Assembly: GCF_018350175.1 (NCBI RefSeq)
Contig: NC_058368.1
Location: forward strand, 29,824,001 to 29,888,000
Reading direction: 5' to 3'
From: Felis catus
Taxonomy: Eukaryota
Length of the DNA stretch: 64,000 bases
Shown in pieces: positions 62,393-64,000 of this stretch (position 1 is its first letter; the number at the start of each line of letters is the position of its first letter). The notes under the pieces were generated by a model. That model ran no database searches. It saw nothing but the letters and a program-made list of their open reading frames with translations, and was not told where the DNA came from. A program made the position numbers and the translations under genes.

Positions 62393-62479
62393 TTTTTCTC
62401 CATGCCTCAAAGTCACACAGCTTTGGCAGAGTCTCATGTAGAATCCAGGTCCCTAAGCTTCTAGTTGGAGTCATTTCAA

Positions 62480-62725
62480 TAAAGTAGCTCCAGATTTGGG
62501 CTTTGGAGTCAAACAAACCCTGGGTTTCAGTTCTGAATTTACTGCATTAGAAAACCCTGAGAATTTTACTTACTGTCTTGGAGACTAGGTTTTCTCTTCT
62601 TCAAAGGGAATGTTAATAGTACTCTCCACATAGGTTTTTGGGAAAATTAAGTAAGATAATGCATGTAAAGTGGTTTGCACAATGCCTGGCACACAATAAG
62701 TGCTCAATAAATGTTAACAATTATT
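62480..62725 (+). mobile_element. MIR, near full length
   Basis: gggctttggagtcaaac...tgggttt...ataatgcatgtaaagtgg...aatgcctggcacacaataagtgctcaataaatgtta. Confidence 0.85.
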
Positions 62726-64000
62726 GTATTGTGTTCCTGTCCCAGGAAGATTATGTAAATAAATTAAAGAATAGAGAGCTTTAAAATCCTCAGGAGCAAG
62801 TAGAGTAACCATAATGTGCAAAGACTTGGAAAGCCCCAGGGAAGAGTCAGTACTGAAAAGCCTGCTACTGTAAAAGTTGTAAACAAATCTTAAAATACTA
62901 ATTAGGCAGAAGCATAACTAACTCTCCCAAATAATGAAATATATGCAGTTGTTGTTCATGGTTCAAAATAATAAATTCTAAATTAGTCACTCAGAGCATT
63001 ATTAATAACAAAACATAGTCTGCAAAGTAGCTAAAGTTGTATTTTTGACCCTCATGAATTCAGTAATAAGAGAAAATATCAAAATCAGACTCTTTCGAGA
63101 TTATCATGGATCACTAATTTGTTTTTGTGGGAAAATGACTGGATTTGGAATTGGAACACCTGGGTTTGAGTCCCGGCACCGTTGATTGTTAGCTCTGTGA
63201 TCATGGAGAAGACACAGCCTAGCACAAGTTTCAACTGGGGACAAAGAGGCAGCAGAAAATGTGATGTCCACTCTCAAGAAACCAGTAGGCTAGTTGAAAA
63301 GACAATATACATAGCACATAAGCAAATGCATTCTTCTAGGCTGTTCCTGAATTTAAATCCAGGGAAATAAGAAAAAGATCAGAATTTACTCAAGAAAAAG
63401 AGTGAGGGAGGTCTTGGATTGTGTCGTCCGGTACAAGTTGGGCGGGGGGGGGGGGGGGGAGGACAATTTGCAAACTGGAACAGAATGAGTAAGATAGATG
63501 AGGAGACAATACATGCACGTCTGATAATGGCCAGTCAATAATCAGTTAGCAGGTGCATCTGTATCTGTGCAAGGTGATCCCAGTGCTGGCCTCGGTGCTG
63601 TGGGCAGATCAGAAGGAAGAGGCTTGATTTCCATCTCCTGGGAGTATGCAGTCTACAAAACACTAGGAGAGGGAGAAGAAATACTGGTAAAGCACCCGAG
63701 GAAGAGACAGGGCATGAGTAAGTACTACATGCTTTTGAACTGAACCGAAGGGTTTAGCCACCTCGTAAAGTCTGGCTGACATTTTTCTATAGAGGAAGAC
63801 TGTACCTTTAAATCCACAGCGTGAGAAAACATTTCAGTTTGCCAAGTTTCTGCTAAGCCATCCTGAAAAAAATATTCAACAGCTTTCACCAGCCAGAGGC
63901 CCCAATATCCAATCTCTGTCTCAAATGATAAATGACATTTGTCAGTTGACAAAGCAAATAGCCTCGACCATTTGAGGACATGGTCCTGCTGTGCATAGCA

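Overview
Non-coding mammalian genomic DNA, most likely from a felid, given the many tRNA-derived CanSINEs of the feline SINEC_Fc type and the carnivore-type L1s. I recognise no host protein-coding exon, rRNA, bona fide tRNA gene or CRISPR array, and I cannot name the locus. The window is mostly interspersed repeats: the 5' half of a felid L1 (1-3142), older L1M pieces, about a dozen CanSINEs (several with target-site duplications, TSDs), solo LTRs, hAT-type DNA-transposon MITEs, and ancient MIR/L2/L3 remnants. Between them are repeat-poor blocks dense in homeodomain and E-box motifs that resemble developmental enhancers. The most distinctive observations are an L1 ORF2 with an in-frame loss of most of the endonuclease domain, a perfect 222-bp tandem duplication, an intact solo LTR with a 4-bp TSD, a full CTCF consensus site and a few candidate exons. 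I see no convincing evidence for a new biological system. Repeat subfamily names were assigned by eye from recalled consensus sequences and need RepeatMasker/Dfam confirmation; boundaries of old repeats are approximate.
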